This document shows positions 38,134 through 47,707 of a stretch of DNA of 64,000 nucleotides, piece after piece. This DNA is from Clostridia bacterium (lineage in GTDB: Bacteria > Bacillota > Clostridia > Monoglobales > Monoglobaceae), in contig JAZRIX010000020.1 in assembly GCA_045645485.1 (NCBI GenBank), forward strand, positions 33,681 through 97,680, in the 5' to 3' direction. The position numbers and the translations under genes are program-made. The notes beneath the pieces are model-generated. The model was given only the letters and a program-made list of their open reading frames with translations. It had not been told where the DNA came from and searched no databases. The first letter of the stretch is position 1. Each line of letters begins with the position of its first letter.

Positions 38134-39327
38134 ATGAAACTGTATAATACAAAAATTGAAGCTTCATCCGATAAAACCGTTGTTGCGGATGATATGATTC
38201 TGACAAAGGATATGCCTACCACAGCAGGTTCAAAAATGCTTGACGGTTATATGAGTCTTTTTGATGCAGAAGTGCTGACCCGTCTTTACGGTGCAGGCTA
38301 TACTCTGGGCGGAAAGGCAAGCGTTGGTGAGTTCGGCATAGACCTTCTGGCTGAAACTGCTTTTGACGGTGAATGCTTTGAAGACGGAAAGCTCATCAGT
38401 CCTGCAGCTGAAATTGTGAAGGCAGGCGAGGCTGTTGCCGCTGTATGTCTGGATGTCAACGGCTCGGTTCGCCGCGGTGCGGCACAGAGCGGTCTTGTGA
38501 GCATAAAGCCCACATACGGAACTGTTTCACGTTACGGAACAATTCCTGTTGTCTGCTCAGGTGAAACCGTAAGCGTTATGGCAAAAACTGCGGCAGATTG
38601 CCGTGATATTCTTGATGTTATTGCAGGTCACGATGACAAGGACGGAACAAGCCTTGCTGAAGACCTTTGCTCAATGCTGAAAAAGGATGCAGACAGAACC
38701 GAAATCAAAAAGGTGGCTTGCCTCAAGTCTATGACAAAGGGTATTGACACCGAGTCTTTGGATGCTCTTGAAGCTTTTAAAAAGAGCTTGTCTTCAAAGG
38801 GCGTTGAGGTTTGTGACGTTGACGATGAGGTTATTTGTGCCGCAAAGGTTGCATGGAATATTCTTATGAGCGCAGAGCTTTGCAACAATGTTTCACGTTA
38901 TGACGGTGTGAAGTACGGTTACCGCACAGAAAACTTCAATAACCTTGATACACTTTATACAAACAGCCGTACAGAAGCCTTTGGCGACCTTCTCAAAACG
39001 GCTATCCTCTTCGGTTCCGAAACTCTTTCAACCGATAACTATATGAAGGTTTATGACAAGGCACTTCGCACACGCAGAGTGATTGTTGAAGCCTTTGAAA
39101 AGCTTTTTGAAGAATTTGATGCAGTGCTTATGCCTGCCTGCTCAGCTATGACTTTTGCTGAAGCTGGTGTGAAGGCTGACAAGTATGCGTCTTTTGAAGA
39201 AAACTTCTACACTGCACCTGCATCAATCAGCGGTCTTCCTGCTGTTGTTGCAGGAGGCGTTCAGCTTGTGGGAAGAGCGTTCAGCGAAAATGCTCTTCTT
39301 GATATTGTTGAAAAGGGGGAGAAATAA
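38134..39327 (+). CDS. gatA: GatA-like amidase-family subunit, short and divergent (397 aa)
   Basis: It lies between gatC and gatB. Conserved blocks are TTAGSKMLDGY, NGSVRRGAAQSGLVSIKPTYGTVSRYG and NVSRYDGVKYGYR. The ATG at 38134 has a GGAGGG RBS 8 nt upstream. It lacks about 65 N-terminal residues and the GGSSGGS stretch of canonical GatA. Confidence 0.8.
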   Translation: MKLYNTKIEASSDKTVVADDMILTKDMPTTAGSKMLDGYMSLFDAEVLTRLYGAGYTLGGKASVGEFGIDLLAETAFDGECFEDGKLISPAAEIVKAGEAVAAVCLDVNGSVRRGAAQSGLVSIKPTYGTVSRYGTIPVVCSGETVSVMAKTAADCRDILDVIAGHDDKDGTSLAEDLCSMLKKDADRTEIKKVACLKSMTKGIDTESLDALEAFKKSLSSKGVEVCDVDDEVICAAKVAWNILMSAELCNNVSRYDGVKYGYRTENFNNLDTLYTNSRTEAFGDLLKTAILFGSETLSTDNYMKVYDKALRTRRVIVEAFEKLFEEFDAVLMPACSAMTFAEAGVKADKYASFEENFYTAPASISGLPAVVAGGVQLVGRAFSENALLDIVEKGEK

Positions 39328-39329
39328 TT

Positions 39330-40772
39330 ATGAAATATGAAACAGTCATTGGTCTTGAGGTTCATGTTGAGCTCGCGACCAACTCAAAGATATTCTGCTC
39401 CTGTTCGGCACACTCATACGGTGCTGACCCCAATGAACACGTTTGTCCTGCATGCTGCGGTATGCCCGGTATGCTTCCCGTTGTGAACAAGAGAGTTGTT
39501 GACTTCGGTATGAAGGCGGGATTGATGCTCAACTGCGATATCAACCGCACTACAACCTTTGACAAAAAGAGCTATTATTACCCCGACCTTCCTGCGGCTT
39601 ATCAGACAACCCAGTGGTTTGCTCCCGTTGCTGTGAACGGCACTGTGGAAATTGAAACCTCCAAGGGCAAGAAGGCTGTCCGCATAAAGCAGATTCATAT
39701 GGAAGAGGATGCAGGAAAGCTTGTACATGATATCCGTGAGGATACAACTCATGTTGACTTCAACAGAACAAGCGTTCCCCTTATTGAAATTGTAAGCCAG
39801 CCTGACCTTTCGAGTGCAGAGGAGGTTGAAGCTTATCTTGACAGACTCAAGAACCTTCTCCGTTACGCAAAGGTTGCAGAGTGCGAAATGGCACACGGCA
39901 CAATGCGCTGTGACGTAAATCTTTCGGTTCGTCCCGAGGGAACAGACATTCTTGGTGTACGTACAGAAATGAAGAATATGAACTCTGTTGAGGCAATCAA
40001 GAGAGCTATCGAATACGAAACAGCAAGACATATTGATGCAATTGAAAACGGTACAGAGGTTCTTGTTCAGGAAACAAGACGCTGGGATGACATCAAGGGC
40101 AAGAGTTATTCCATGAGAACAAAGGAAACAGCAGGTGATTACCGTTATTTCCCTGACCCCAATGTTATGCCCGTTGTTATTGATGATGAATGGTTTGAGT
40201 CAATAAAGGCATCACTTCCCGAATTCCCTGAAGTGAAACGTGCAAAGTATGCTGAAGACTTTGGTCTCAGCGAATATGATGCTGAACAGCTTTCAAAGAG
40301 TATTGCTCTTTGTGAATGCTTTGAGGATGCCGTTGAGGTATGCAAGAATGCAAAGGATGCCGCAAACTGGATGATTTCTGAGGTTATGAGTATTCTGAAC
40401 GCAAGGAAAATGACCTATGATATGCTGAGCATAAACGGCAAGGCTCTTGGTGAAATTATTGTTCTTGTTTCAGAGGGCAAGGTCGGCAGAGCAAACGGAA
40501 AGAAGATTCTTTCGGCTATGTTTGAGGATGCATCAATCCAGCCTTCCAAGTATGCAGAAGAAAACGGTCTTGTTATGTCAAACGATACAGGTCTTATTGA
40601 AACAACCGTCAAGGCGGCTGTTGCGGCTGACCCCAAGGCTGTAAGCGACTTCAAGGGCGGAAAAGAAAAAGCTCTTATGTCACTTTTCGGAAGATGTATG
40701 AAGGAACTCAAGGGCAACTGCGACCCTCAGGTTCTCAGAAAGATTCTTATTGATGAGATAAACAAGCAGTAA
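39330..40772 (+). CDS. gatB: Asp/Glu-tRNA amidotransferase subunit B
   Basis: 480 aa starting MKYETVIGLEVHVELATNSKIFC, with MRCDVNLSV and a C-terminal YqeY-like tail. Confidence 0.96.
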   Translation: MKYETVIGLEVHVELATNSKIFCSCSAHSYGADPNEHVCPACCGMPGMLPVVNKRVVDFGMKAGLMLNCDINRTTTFDKKSYYYPDLPAAYQTTQWFAPVAVNGTVEIETSKGKKAVRIKQIHMEEDAGKLVHDIREDTTHVDFNRTSVPLIEIVSQPDLSSAEEVEAYLDRLKNLLRYAKVAECEMAHGTMRCDVNLSVRPEGTDILGVRTEMKNMNSVEAIKRAIEYETARHIDAIENGTEVLVQETRRWDDIKGKSYSMRTKETAGDYRYFPDPNVMPVVIDDEWFESIKASLPEFPEVKRAKYAEDFGLSEYDAEQLSKSIALCECFEDAVEVCKNAKDAANWMISEVMSILNARKMTYDMLSINGKALGEIIVLVSEGKVGRANGKKILSAMFEDASIQPSKYAEENGLVMSNDTGLIETTVKAAVAADPKAVSDFKGGKEKALMSLFGRCMKELKGNCDPQVLRKILIDEINKQ

Positions 40773-40783
40773 ATACAAAAATT

Positions 40784-40820
40784 AAGCCTGAAACGGTAAA
40801 ATGTTTCAGGCTTTTGCTTT
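40784..40820. terminator. Bidirectional terminator between convergent gatB and the transaldolase-family gene
   Basis: An 11-bp stem aagcctgaaac/gtttcaggctt followed by a T-rich run. Confidence 0.75.
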
Positions 40821-41501
40821 TTAAAAATCCAGAATTGTATTATCCCCGTAGACTGCTTTCCAGTCTCTGTCAAACACGGCAATTGCGGCATCTGTCATAG
40901 GGTGGGAGATGATTCCTCTGAAGAGGTCAGCGGCAATTGTCACCGAATGACAGCCGCAAAGGGAGCATTTGTGAATCTGTTCCACATTTTTGAAGCTTGC
41001 GGCAAGAACCTGACAGTCAAGACCGTAAAGGTCAAACTGTTCCACAATTTCAGCAACAACCCGTGTACCGTCCCCCACAATGTTGTCAAGTCGGTTTACA
41101 TAAGGTGCAACAAAATCTGCTCCTGCGGCGGCGGCAATGAGTGCCTGAGCAGGGGTAAAGATTGCGGTCATGGTCACGCCTATGCCAAGCTCTTTCAGCC
41201 GCATTGCAGCCTTTAGACCTTCTTCACCAATGGGGATTTTTACATAAAAGTTGCCATCCAGTTCCTTTTGAAGAATCAGTGCTTCCTGAACAATCCGGTC
41301 TGCTGTAGTCTGAACTGTCTGTACGTGGAGCATTTTTTCGCGTCCGATTACCGAGCGGATATCCTTCAAAAGCTGCCAGAATTCAGATTTTTCCTTTGCT
41401 ACAAGTGTCGGGTTTGTGGTAACTCCCGCAAGAGGAAAAAACTCGTTGCAGTACTTGATTTGTTCAAGGTTTCCGCTGTCAAGCATATATTTCATTTTCA
41501 A
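40821..41501 (-). CDS. Transaldolase 3B / fructose-6-phosphate aldolase family protein
   Basis: 226 aa with MLDSGNLEQIK, GVTTNPTL, the Schiff-base Lys context FYVKIP, and APYVNRLD. Confidence 0.88.
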   Translation of the reverse strand: MKMKYMLDSGNLEQIKYCNEFFPLAGVTTNPTLVAKEKSEFWQLLKDIRSVIGREKMLHVQTVQTTADRIVQEALILQKELDGNFYVKIPIGEEGLKAAMRLKELGIGVTMTAIFTPAQALIAAAAGADFVAPYVNRLDNIVGDGTRVVAEIVEQFDLYGLDCQVLAASFKNVEQIHKCSLCGCHSVTIAADLFRGIISHPMTDAAIAVFDRDWKAVYGDNTILDF

Positions 41502-41610
41502 TCATTCCTTTATATTATGTTTTCTGTAATTATATAACGGAAAAATTGGCTTGTCAAGAAAAAAGGTTTTGTGTCGCATATAGAAAACCGGCACTTTTTT
41601 TATTTAGAGG

Positions 41611-41639
41611 TTGACAAATGCTTTAAATAACAATAAAAT
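41611..41639 (+). promoter_or_regulatory. Sigma-A type promoter candidate for the DeoR-family regulator/kinase operon
   Basis: TTGACA (41611-41616), a 17-nt spacer, then TAAAAT (41634-41639). Confidence 0.55.
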
Positions 41640-41693
41640 ATATAAATAGGGCATTAGTGTACATAAAAATTTTTTGTCCGGAAAGAAACAGCT

Positions 41694-42464
41694 ATGAATA
41701 TTAAAGAAAGAAGAGAAAAAATTCTTGAAATTCTCAATACTCAGGGTCAGGTGAAGGTTTCGGAGCTTAGCCGTGACTTCGGAATTTCAAGCATAACAAT
41801 ACGGTCTGACCTTGCAGGTCTTGAAGACAAGGGTCTGCTTTTCCGTATTCACGGGGGAGCCATAAATTCGTATAAGTCATATTGCGATATGGACCTTCAG
41901 CAGCGTCTGGGAACAAACCTGAGGGCAAAACAGCTGATTGCCAAACGTGCCGTTGAAATGGTAAAGGATCACGATACGGTTATGTTCAATTCAGGAACAA
42001 CAACCCTGACGGTCTTTCGTGCTCTTCCTGCTCAGTTTCAGTTGAATATTGTTACAAATTCAATCTCGATTGCTCTTGAAGCAAGCGGAAATCCCAATTT
42101 CAATGTCGTTCTGCTGGGTGGCTTTGTGAACCCCAAGTATCAGTTTATTTACGGTGACGATGCCGTAAGTCAGCTGAAGAATTATCACGCAGACAAGCTG
42201 TTTTTGTCTGTTGACGGAATTTCACAGAGGTCGGGACTTACCACCTATTATGACCGTGAAGCCGAGCTTGCAAGGCTTATGCTTTCACAGTCGGCATCAA
42301 AGATTATTGTGGCGGATTCGTCAAAGCTGGGAAGAACAGCGTTTGTGAATATTGCAGAAACGGCATCTGCTGATTGCTTTATAACCGATGAGCAACCTGA
42401 ATATACAGAGGATCTGGCGGCTCTCAAAAAGAATATCAGCAAAATAATTACAGTAAAGGAATAG
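41694..42464 (+). CDS. DeoR/GlpR family transcriptional regulator
   Basis: 256 aa with an N-terminal wHTH (RREKILEILNTQGQVKVSELSRDFGISSITIRSDL) and a C-terminal sugar-phosphate sensor domain. Confidence 0.9.
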   Translation: MNIKERREKILEILNTQGQVKVSELSRDFGISSITIRSDLAGLEDKGLLFRIHGGAINSYKSYCDMDLQQRLGTNLRAKQLIAKRAVEMVKDHDTVMFNSGTTTLTVFRALPAQFQLNIVTNSISIALEASGNPNFNVVLLGGFVNPKYQFIYGDDAVSQLKNYHADKLFLSVDGISQRSGLTTYYDREAELARLMLSQSASKIIVADSSKLGRTAFVNIAETASADCFITDEQPEYTEDLAALKKNISKIITVKE

Positions 42465-42480
42465 GAAGGAAAAGAATGCT

Positions 42481-43881
42481 ATGAAATACTTATTGGGTGT
42501 GGATATAGGTACAACTTCTTTGAAGGCGGCGGTCTTCAATGAAAAAGCAGAGTGTATGAAATCTGTTACAAAGGATTATACACTTGAGGTAAAGGATGAC
42601 TATGTGGAATTTTCCGCAGAGAATTACTGGACACTTTTCAGCGAGGCTCTTGAGGAGCTTTCGGCAGAGTATGAGATTTCGGCAATGAGTATTGACACTC
42701 AGTGCGAGACCATTATTCTTGCAGACGAGGAGGGCAAGCCTCTCAGAAAGGCAATAGTATGGCTGGATAACCGTGCAACAGCAGAGGCAGAATATATTGA
42801 AGAACGTTTTGGAAACAAAAAGGTATATGAGGTTACGGGTCAGCCTGAAATTACTGCAACATGGCCTGCCAGCAAGCTTCTTTGGCTCAGAGGAAATGAA
42901 CCTGATACCTTCAGAAAAATAAGAAAGGTATTTCTCCTTGAAGACTATCTGCTGTACCGTCTTACGGGACGCTTTGTGACTGAAAGAACATTGCAGTCTT
43001 CTACTATTTATTATGACATAAAGAAAAACATCTGGTGGAAGGAAATGCTTGACTTTATCGGTCTTGGTGAGGAGGTTTTTCCTGAGATTCTTCCCAGCGG
43101 TGAGGTTGTGGGTGAATACAAGGGCATAACTGTTGTGACGGGTGCCATTGACCAGATTGCAGGAGCAATCGGTGCAGGTATTGTCAGAAAGGGCGTTGTC
43201 AGTGAAATGACAGGAACTACAATGGTTGTTTTTGTTCCCTCTGACGAGGTTCCTGACTATACTCCCAACTCCATTATTCCCTGTCATGTGAATTATGACG
43301 GAAAATACTGTCTGCTTTCATGGACTCCTACGGCAGGAATTGCACTCAAGTGGTTCAAAAACAATTTCTGTGAAAATTTCAGCTTCCGTGAACTTGATGA
43401 ACTGGCTGAAAAGGCAGACCCCGGTTCAAACGGACTGACATTCCTTCCGTATCTTTGCGGCTCAACAATGCCGAAGTATAACCCTGATGCGAGAGGAGTG
43501 TTTTATGGACTCACCATGGAGCACGGAAGGGGTCATGCTGTCCGCAGTATTCTGGAGGCAGTGTCTTGTATGCTCAAACAGAATCTTGATTATCTGGGCA
43601 TTGAATGTGATGAAATCCGCACTATGGGCGGAGGTGCATCCAGTCCGCTCTGGTGCCAGATAAAGGCTGATATGACGGGCAAGAGAATCGTAACCCTCAA
43701 AAATGACGAAACTGCATGTCTTGGCTCTGCCATTCTTGCAGGCGTTGCAACCGGAGTTTTTGAGAGTGTTGAAAAAGCCTGTGACATGGCTGTAGAACAA
43801 AAACGTGTATTTGAGCCTACGGGCACGGATTACAGTGAATGTTATAAGCGTTTTTGTGAGTTGGATGACAAGTTATTCTAA
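42481..43881 (+). CDS. FGGY-family carbohydrate kinase (xylulokinase-like)
   Basis: 466 aa with LLGVDIGTTSLKAAVF and GGGASSPLWCQIKADM. Confidence 0.88.
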   Translation: MKYLLGVDIGTTSLKAAVFNEKAECMKSVTKDYTLEVKDDYVEFSAENYWTLFSEALEELSAEYEISAMSIDTQCETIILADEEGKPLRKAIVWLDNRATAEAEYIEERFGNKKVYEVTGQPEITATWPASKLLWLRGNEPDTFRKIRKVFLLEDYLLYRLTGRFVTERTLQSSTIYYDIKKNIWWKEMLDFIGLGEEVFPEILPSGEVVGEYKGITVVTGAIDQIAGAIGAGIVRKGVVSEMTGTTMVVFVPSDEVPDYTPNSIIPCHVNYDGKYCLLSWTPTAGIALKWFKNNFCENFSFRELDELAEKADPGSNGLTFLPYLCGSTMPKYNPDARGVFYGLTMEHGRGHAVRSILEAVSCMLKQNLDYLGIECDEIRTMGGGASSPLWCQIKADMTGKRIVTLKNDETACLGSAILAGVATGVFESVEKACDMAVEQKRVFEPTGTDYSECYKRFCELDDKLF

Positions 43882-43888
43882 CATATGT

Positions 43889-43920
43889 GAGAGGGCTGTC
43901 GCATTAAGCGACACCCTCTT
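43889..43920 (+). terminator. Terminator candidate after the FGGY kinase gene
   Basis: Stem agagggctgtcgc/gcgacaccctct with one bulge and a short T-run. Confidence 0.55.
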
Positions 43921-43961
43921 TATGCTTGTATTAACGGAAAAAATTGCATGGGTTCAAAGTG

Positions 43962-43990
43962 TTGATATGACAAGCTTTGTGTGATATAAT
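43962..43990 (+). promoter_or_regulatory. Sigma-A type promoter candidate for malQ
   Basis: TTGATA (43962-43967), a 17-nt spacer, then an extended -10 TGaTATAAT (43982-43990). Confidence 0.6.
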
Positions 43991-44025
43991 AGTACAATCA
44001 CACCTATATGACAGGAGGAGTCAGA

Positions 44026-45456
44026 TTGAAAAGAAAAAGCGGTGTTCTGATGCACATTTCATCCCTTCCCGGAGATTATTCCTGCGGAAGCTTTGGTAAA
44101 AGTGCAAAGGAATTTGTTGATTTTCTGGCAGAATGCAAATTTTCCTATTGGCAGGTGCTGCCATTTTGTCCTGTTGATGAATATAATTCGCCGTACAAGT
44201 CTTATTCGTCTTTTGCGGGGAATCCGTATTTTATCGACCTTGAAAAGCTTTGTGAAAAAGGTCTTATTTCACGGGCGGAGCTTGAGGATGCACGTCAGGA
44301 GAATCCGTATCTCTGCGAATTTGAACGGCTTTGCACTGAGCGGATTACCCTTCTTCGGACTGCGTCTTTGCGTTGTACTTATAAAGAAAAGGTTGAAGTC
44401 TTTGCAAATGAAAATTTTTACATAAACGATTTTTGCAGATTTATGGCACTGAAGTCAGCCAACAATCTTTCGGAATGGCAGAAGTGGAGCACCGGGGACA
44501 TTGATTCAGAGGAGCTGTTTTTGTGGAAATTTATGCAGTTTGAATTTTTTGAACAATGGAAAGAACTAAAGGCTTATGCAAATGAAAAGGGAATTAGAAT
44601 AATCGGAGATATACCCTTTTATGTTTCTTCGGACAGTGCCGACGTGTGGGCAAACCCCGATTTGTTTTTGCTTGACAAACGCAATATGCCCTCTTCTGTT
44701 GCAGGAGTTCCGCCTGATTATTTCTCTGAAGACGGTCAGCTCTGGGGCAATCCTCTGTACGACTGGAAAAAAATGAAGAAAGATGGATACAAGTGGTGGC
44801 TTGACCGTATCGGTTGTATGCTTGATATGTTTGACGGATTGAGAATTGACCATTTTCGGGCGTTTGAAGCATATTGGTCTGTTCCGTCAGGTGAGACTAC
44901 TGCCAAAAACGGCAAGTGGGAAAAGGGTCCCGGAATGGATCTTGTGTCAAAGATAAGAGAGGTTGCAGGTGAAAAGCTGATTATAGCAGAGGATCTTGGT
45001 CATATCACCAAAGAAGTTGAACAGCTTGTGGAAGACAGCGGATTCCCCGGGATGAGAGTTTTTCAGTTTGGGTTTTTTGGAGGAGAGTCCACCCATATGC
45101 CCCACAATTACAAGCAAAACTGTATTGCATATGCTGGAACTCACGACAATAATACCCTTCTTGGGTATCTTTGGGAGCTTGATGATGAAAGCCGTCGGAG
45201 AATGCTGGAATACTGCGGTTATGAGGACGGGGATTGGACAAAGGCTCTGCCTGCTATGATACGCACAATATGGCGTAGCTCAGCGGGAACGGTTATTTTC
45301 ACAATTCAGGACCTTTTGGGATACGGTTCGGATACACGGCTGAATTTCCCCGGCAGAGCAGAAAACAACTGGAAATTCCGTATTACAAAAGAACAGCTTG
45401 ATACAATTGACATAGAACGCTTCAGAAGGTTGAATGAAGTATATTTCAGAATATAA
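44026..45456 (+). CDS. malQ: 4-alpha-glucanotransferase (amylomaltase)
   Basis: KRKSGVLMHISSLPG, WQVLP, GDIPFYV, VAGVPPDYFSEDGQLWGNPLY and LRIDHFRAF. The TTG at 44026 lies 7 nt after AGGAGG (44013-44018). The track's ATG at 44008 has no SD. Confidence 0.93.
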   Translation: MKRKSGVLMHISSLPGDYSCGSFGKSAKEFVDFLAECKFSYWQVLPFCPVDEYNSPYKSYSSFAGNPYFIDLEKLCEKGLISRAELEDARQENPYLCEFERLCTERITLLRTASLRCTYKEKVEVFANENFYINDFCRFMALKSANNLSEWQKWSTGDIDSEELFLWKFMQFEFFEQWKELKAYANEKGIRIIGDIPFYVSSDSADVWANPDLFLLDKRNMPSSVAGVPPDYFSEDGQLWGNPLYDWKKMKKDGYKWWLDRIGCMLDMFDGLRIDHFRAFEAYWSVPSGETTAKNGKWEKGPGMDLVSKIREVAGEKLIIAEDLGHITKEVEQLVEDSGFPGMRVFQFGFFGGESTHMPHNYKQNCIAYAGTHDNNTLLGYLWELDDESRRRMLEYCGYEDGDWTKALPAMIRTIWRSSAGTVIFTIQDLLGYGSDTRLNFPGRAENNWKFRITKEQLDTIDIERFRRLNEVYFRI

Positions 45457-45466
45457 AATCATGTTA

Positions 45467-45501
45467 AAGAGGACTATCCAAATGGACAGTCCTCTTTTTG
45501 T
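45467..45501 (+). terminator. Rho-independent terminator after malQ
   Basis: Stem aagaggact/agtcctctt followed by TTTT. A second hairpin aaccacgc/gcgtggtt lies at 45511-45534. Confidence 0.7.
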
Positions 45502-45767
45502 ATAAAGAAAACCACGCTAAGTCTTGCGTGGTTCAAAAGAGCTTAAGCGGTGACCAGAAAACAAATCAGATACAATATATAAATTAAAAGTTTGTTTGCA
45601 TATGAAATCTTTTATTTCAATGCATATTGTGGGAAAGCCTTCCCCTCAGTAAATAAAACTATATTTTCGGTATATCATATTTGAAAAAAATGTCAATCAA
45701 AGTGAACTTGTATATTTTTGTGAAATATACAGACAATAGAAAAAACTGAATTCAGGAGGAGAAAAAG

Positions 45768-46217
45768 GTGACTTATAACAAAAAGGATTACAAAAAATAT
45801 ATTGAGAAAAAGTCTCCTGACAGCAAGCTGCTGAGAAACATATTTTTTGCTTTTGTGACCGGAGGAATTATCTGCACAGTGGGTCAGGCTGCAGGGAATA
45901 TCTGCCAGAGCTTTCTGGGTCTTGATGAAGAAGCGGTAAAGTCGGCTGTTCCTGTTATTATGATTTTTCTGGGTGCATTGCTTACGGGACTCAATATTTA
46001 CAACAAGGTGGCAAAATATGCAGGGGCAGGAACGATTGTACCCATTACGGGCTTTGCCAACGCCGTTGTATCCCCTGCCATTGAGTTCAGGAAGGAAGGC
46101 TTTGTTCTCGGACTTGCGGCAAAGATGTTTGTGATTGCGGGGCCTGTGGTTGTGTACGGAATAAATTCTTCGATTATTCTGGGACTTGTGGTGTATTTTT
46201 TTGAGATGGCAAGGTGA
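45768..46217 (+). CDS. spoVAC: Stage V sporulation protein AC
   Basis: 149-aa membrane protein with FAFVTGGIICTVGQ and GAGTIVPITGFANAV. GTG start with an AGGAGGAG RBS. Confidence 0.92.
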   Translation: MTYNKKDYKKYIEKKSPDSKLLRNIFFAFVTGGIICTVGQAAGNICQSFLGLDEEAVKSAVPVIMIFLGALLTGLNIYNKVAKYAGAGTIVPITGFANAVVSPAIEFRKEGFVLGLAAKMFVIAGPVVVYGINSSIILGLVVYFFEMAR

Positions 46218-46232
46218 AAGGGAGTGGATACT

Positions 46233-47249
46233 TTGAACAAACGGTTGGGAAAACAGACTGTAGCTTTTGAAAACCCCGTCAGCTTTCTGGCAACTGCCTG
46301 TGTTGGAGGGACAAAGGAAGGACACGGTCCTTTGGGGCGGTATTTTGATATTATTATGGAGGATGCAGAATGGGGTGAAAAAACGTGGGAAAAGACCGAA
46401 AGCAAAATGCAGAGGTCAGCTCTTGTGCGTGCTGTGGAGAAAAGCAAAACTGATGTGAAGGATCTTAACTACATTTTTGCGGGAGACCTTCTCAATCAGT
46501 GCATAAGCTCATCCTTCGGACTGATTGACTTTGGTGTTCCTTTTATGGGAGTGTACGGTGCATGCTCTACAATGGCGGAAACCATCGGTCTTGCGGCTAT
46601 GGCAATTGACGGAGGCTTTGCAAAGCACGCGGCGGCAGTAACCTCCAGCCATTTCTGTACGGCAGAAAGACAGTATCGAAACCCTCTGGAATACGGCGGT
46701 CAGCGTACCCCTACGGCACAGTGGACAGTGACGGGGGCAGGAGCGGCAATTCTTTCGAATGACGGGAGCGGTCCTTTTGTTACCCATTTTACGTCGGGAA
46801 GGATTGTGGATATGGGAATAAAGGATGCCAACAATATGGGGGCGGCAATGGCTCCCGCGGCGGCTGATACTCTGGAAGCACATTTCAGGGATACGGGCAG
46901 AAGTCCTGAATTCTATGATATAATTCTTTCGGGGGATCTGGGGCTTGTGGGAAAGTCCGCACTGGTTGACCTTATGTATGAAAAAGGCTTTCTTATCTCC
47001 AAAAACTATGAGGATTGCGGATGTATGATTTTTGATATAAAACGTCAGGATGTTCACGCAGGCGGCTCAGGCTGCGGATGTCTTGCAACAACTCTCTGCG
47101 GTTTTGTTATGGATGCCATAAAAGCGGGAAAGTATAAAAATGTACTGTTTATGGGAACAGGAGCTCTCCTGAGCCAGACTTCGACCCTTCAGGGGGAATC
47201 CATTCCTTCTGTTGCCCATGTTGTAGCGGTTACTGCGGAAAGGTTGTGA
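46233..47249 (+). CDS. spoVAD: Stage V sporulation protein AD
   Basis: GKQTVAFENP, GDLLNQ, GACSTMAE, TSSHFCTAERQYRNPLEYGGQRTPTAQ and GGSGCGC. The TTG at 46233 lies 8 nt after AAAGGGAG. The track start at GTG 46224 is the alternative. Confidence 0.93.
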   Translation: MNKRLGKQTVAFENPVSFLATACVGGTKEGHGPLGRYFDIIMEDAEWGEKTWEKTESKMQRSALVRAVEKSKTDVKDLNYIFAGDLLNQCISSSFGLIDFGVPFMGVYGACSTMAETIGLAAMAIDGGFAKHAAAVTSSHFCTAERQYRNPLEYGGQRTPTAQWTVTGAGAAILSNDGSGPFVTHFTSGRIVDMGIKDANNMGAAMAPAAADTLEAHFRDTGRSPEFYDIILSGDLGLVGKSALVDLMYEKGFLISKNYEDCGCMIFDIKRQDVHAGGSGCGCLATTLCGFVMDAIKAGKYKNVLFMGTGALLSQTSTLQGESIPSVAHVVAVTAERL

Positions 47250-47253
47250 TAAT

Positions 47254-47619
47254 ATGGAAATGTTTTGGGAATACTTCAATGCTTTCTGGGTGGGAGGCTT
47301 GTTTTGTGCCATTGCCCAGCTTCTTATTGACAAAACAAAGCTGACCCCTGCCAGAATTCTTGTGGGTTTTGTTGTTGCAGGTGTTATTCTCGGAGGTCTT
47401 GGTATTTATGAAAAAATTGTCGACTTTGCAGGAGCAGGTGCAACGGTTCCCATTATAGGCTTTGGAAACACCCTTGCAAAAGGAGTTATCAAGGGTATAA
47501 GCGAGCATGGATTTCTGGGAATTTTTACGGGTGGCGTTACCGCCGCCGCAGGCGGAATTGCTGCTGCTGTGTTTTTTGGGTTTATTGCGGCACTTTTCTT
47601 CAAACCGCACCAAAAGTAG
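47254..47619 (+). CDS. spoVAE: Stage V sporulation protein AE (AEB type)
   Basis: 121 aa with FAGAGATVPIIGFGNTLAKG, paralogous to SpoVAC. Confidence 0.9.
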   Translation: MEMFWEYFNAFWVGGLFCAIAQLLIDKTKLTPARILVGFVVAGVILGGLGIYEKIVDFAGAGATVPIIGFGNTLAKGVIKGISEHGFLGIFTGGVTAAAGGIAAAVFFGFIAALFFKPHQK

Positions 47620-47707
47620 CTAAAAATTTCTCCAAAGCCCTTGCAAAAACACTAAAATAATAGTATAATAAAATAGTATATCTTTAAAATAAGGGGAGTG
47701 TTTTTGT

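Noticed and set aside
42490-43287. 265-aa minus-strand ORF antisense to the FGGY kinase gene
   Set aside because: This is a shadow ORF with no motifs. The sense-strand gene has clear FGGY signatures.
45540-45767. Search for a sigma-G/sigma-F forespore promoter upstream of spoVAC
   Set aside because: The candidate -35-like GTATA or GCATA elements do not sit at 17-18 nt from a convincing CATnnTA -10. No assignment can be supported from sequence alone.
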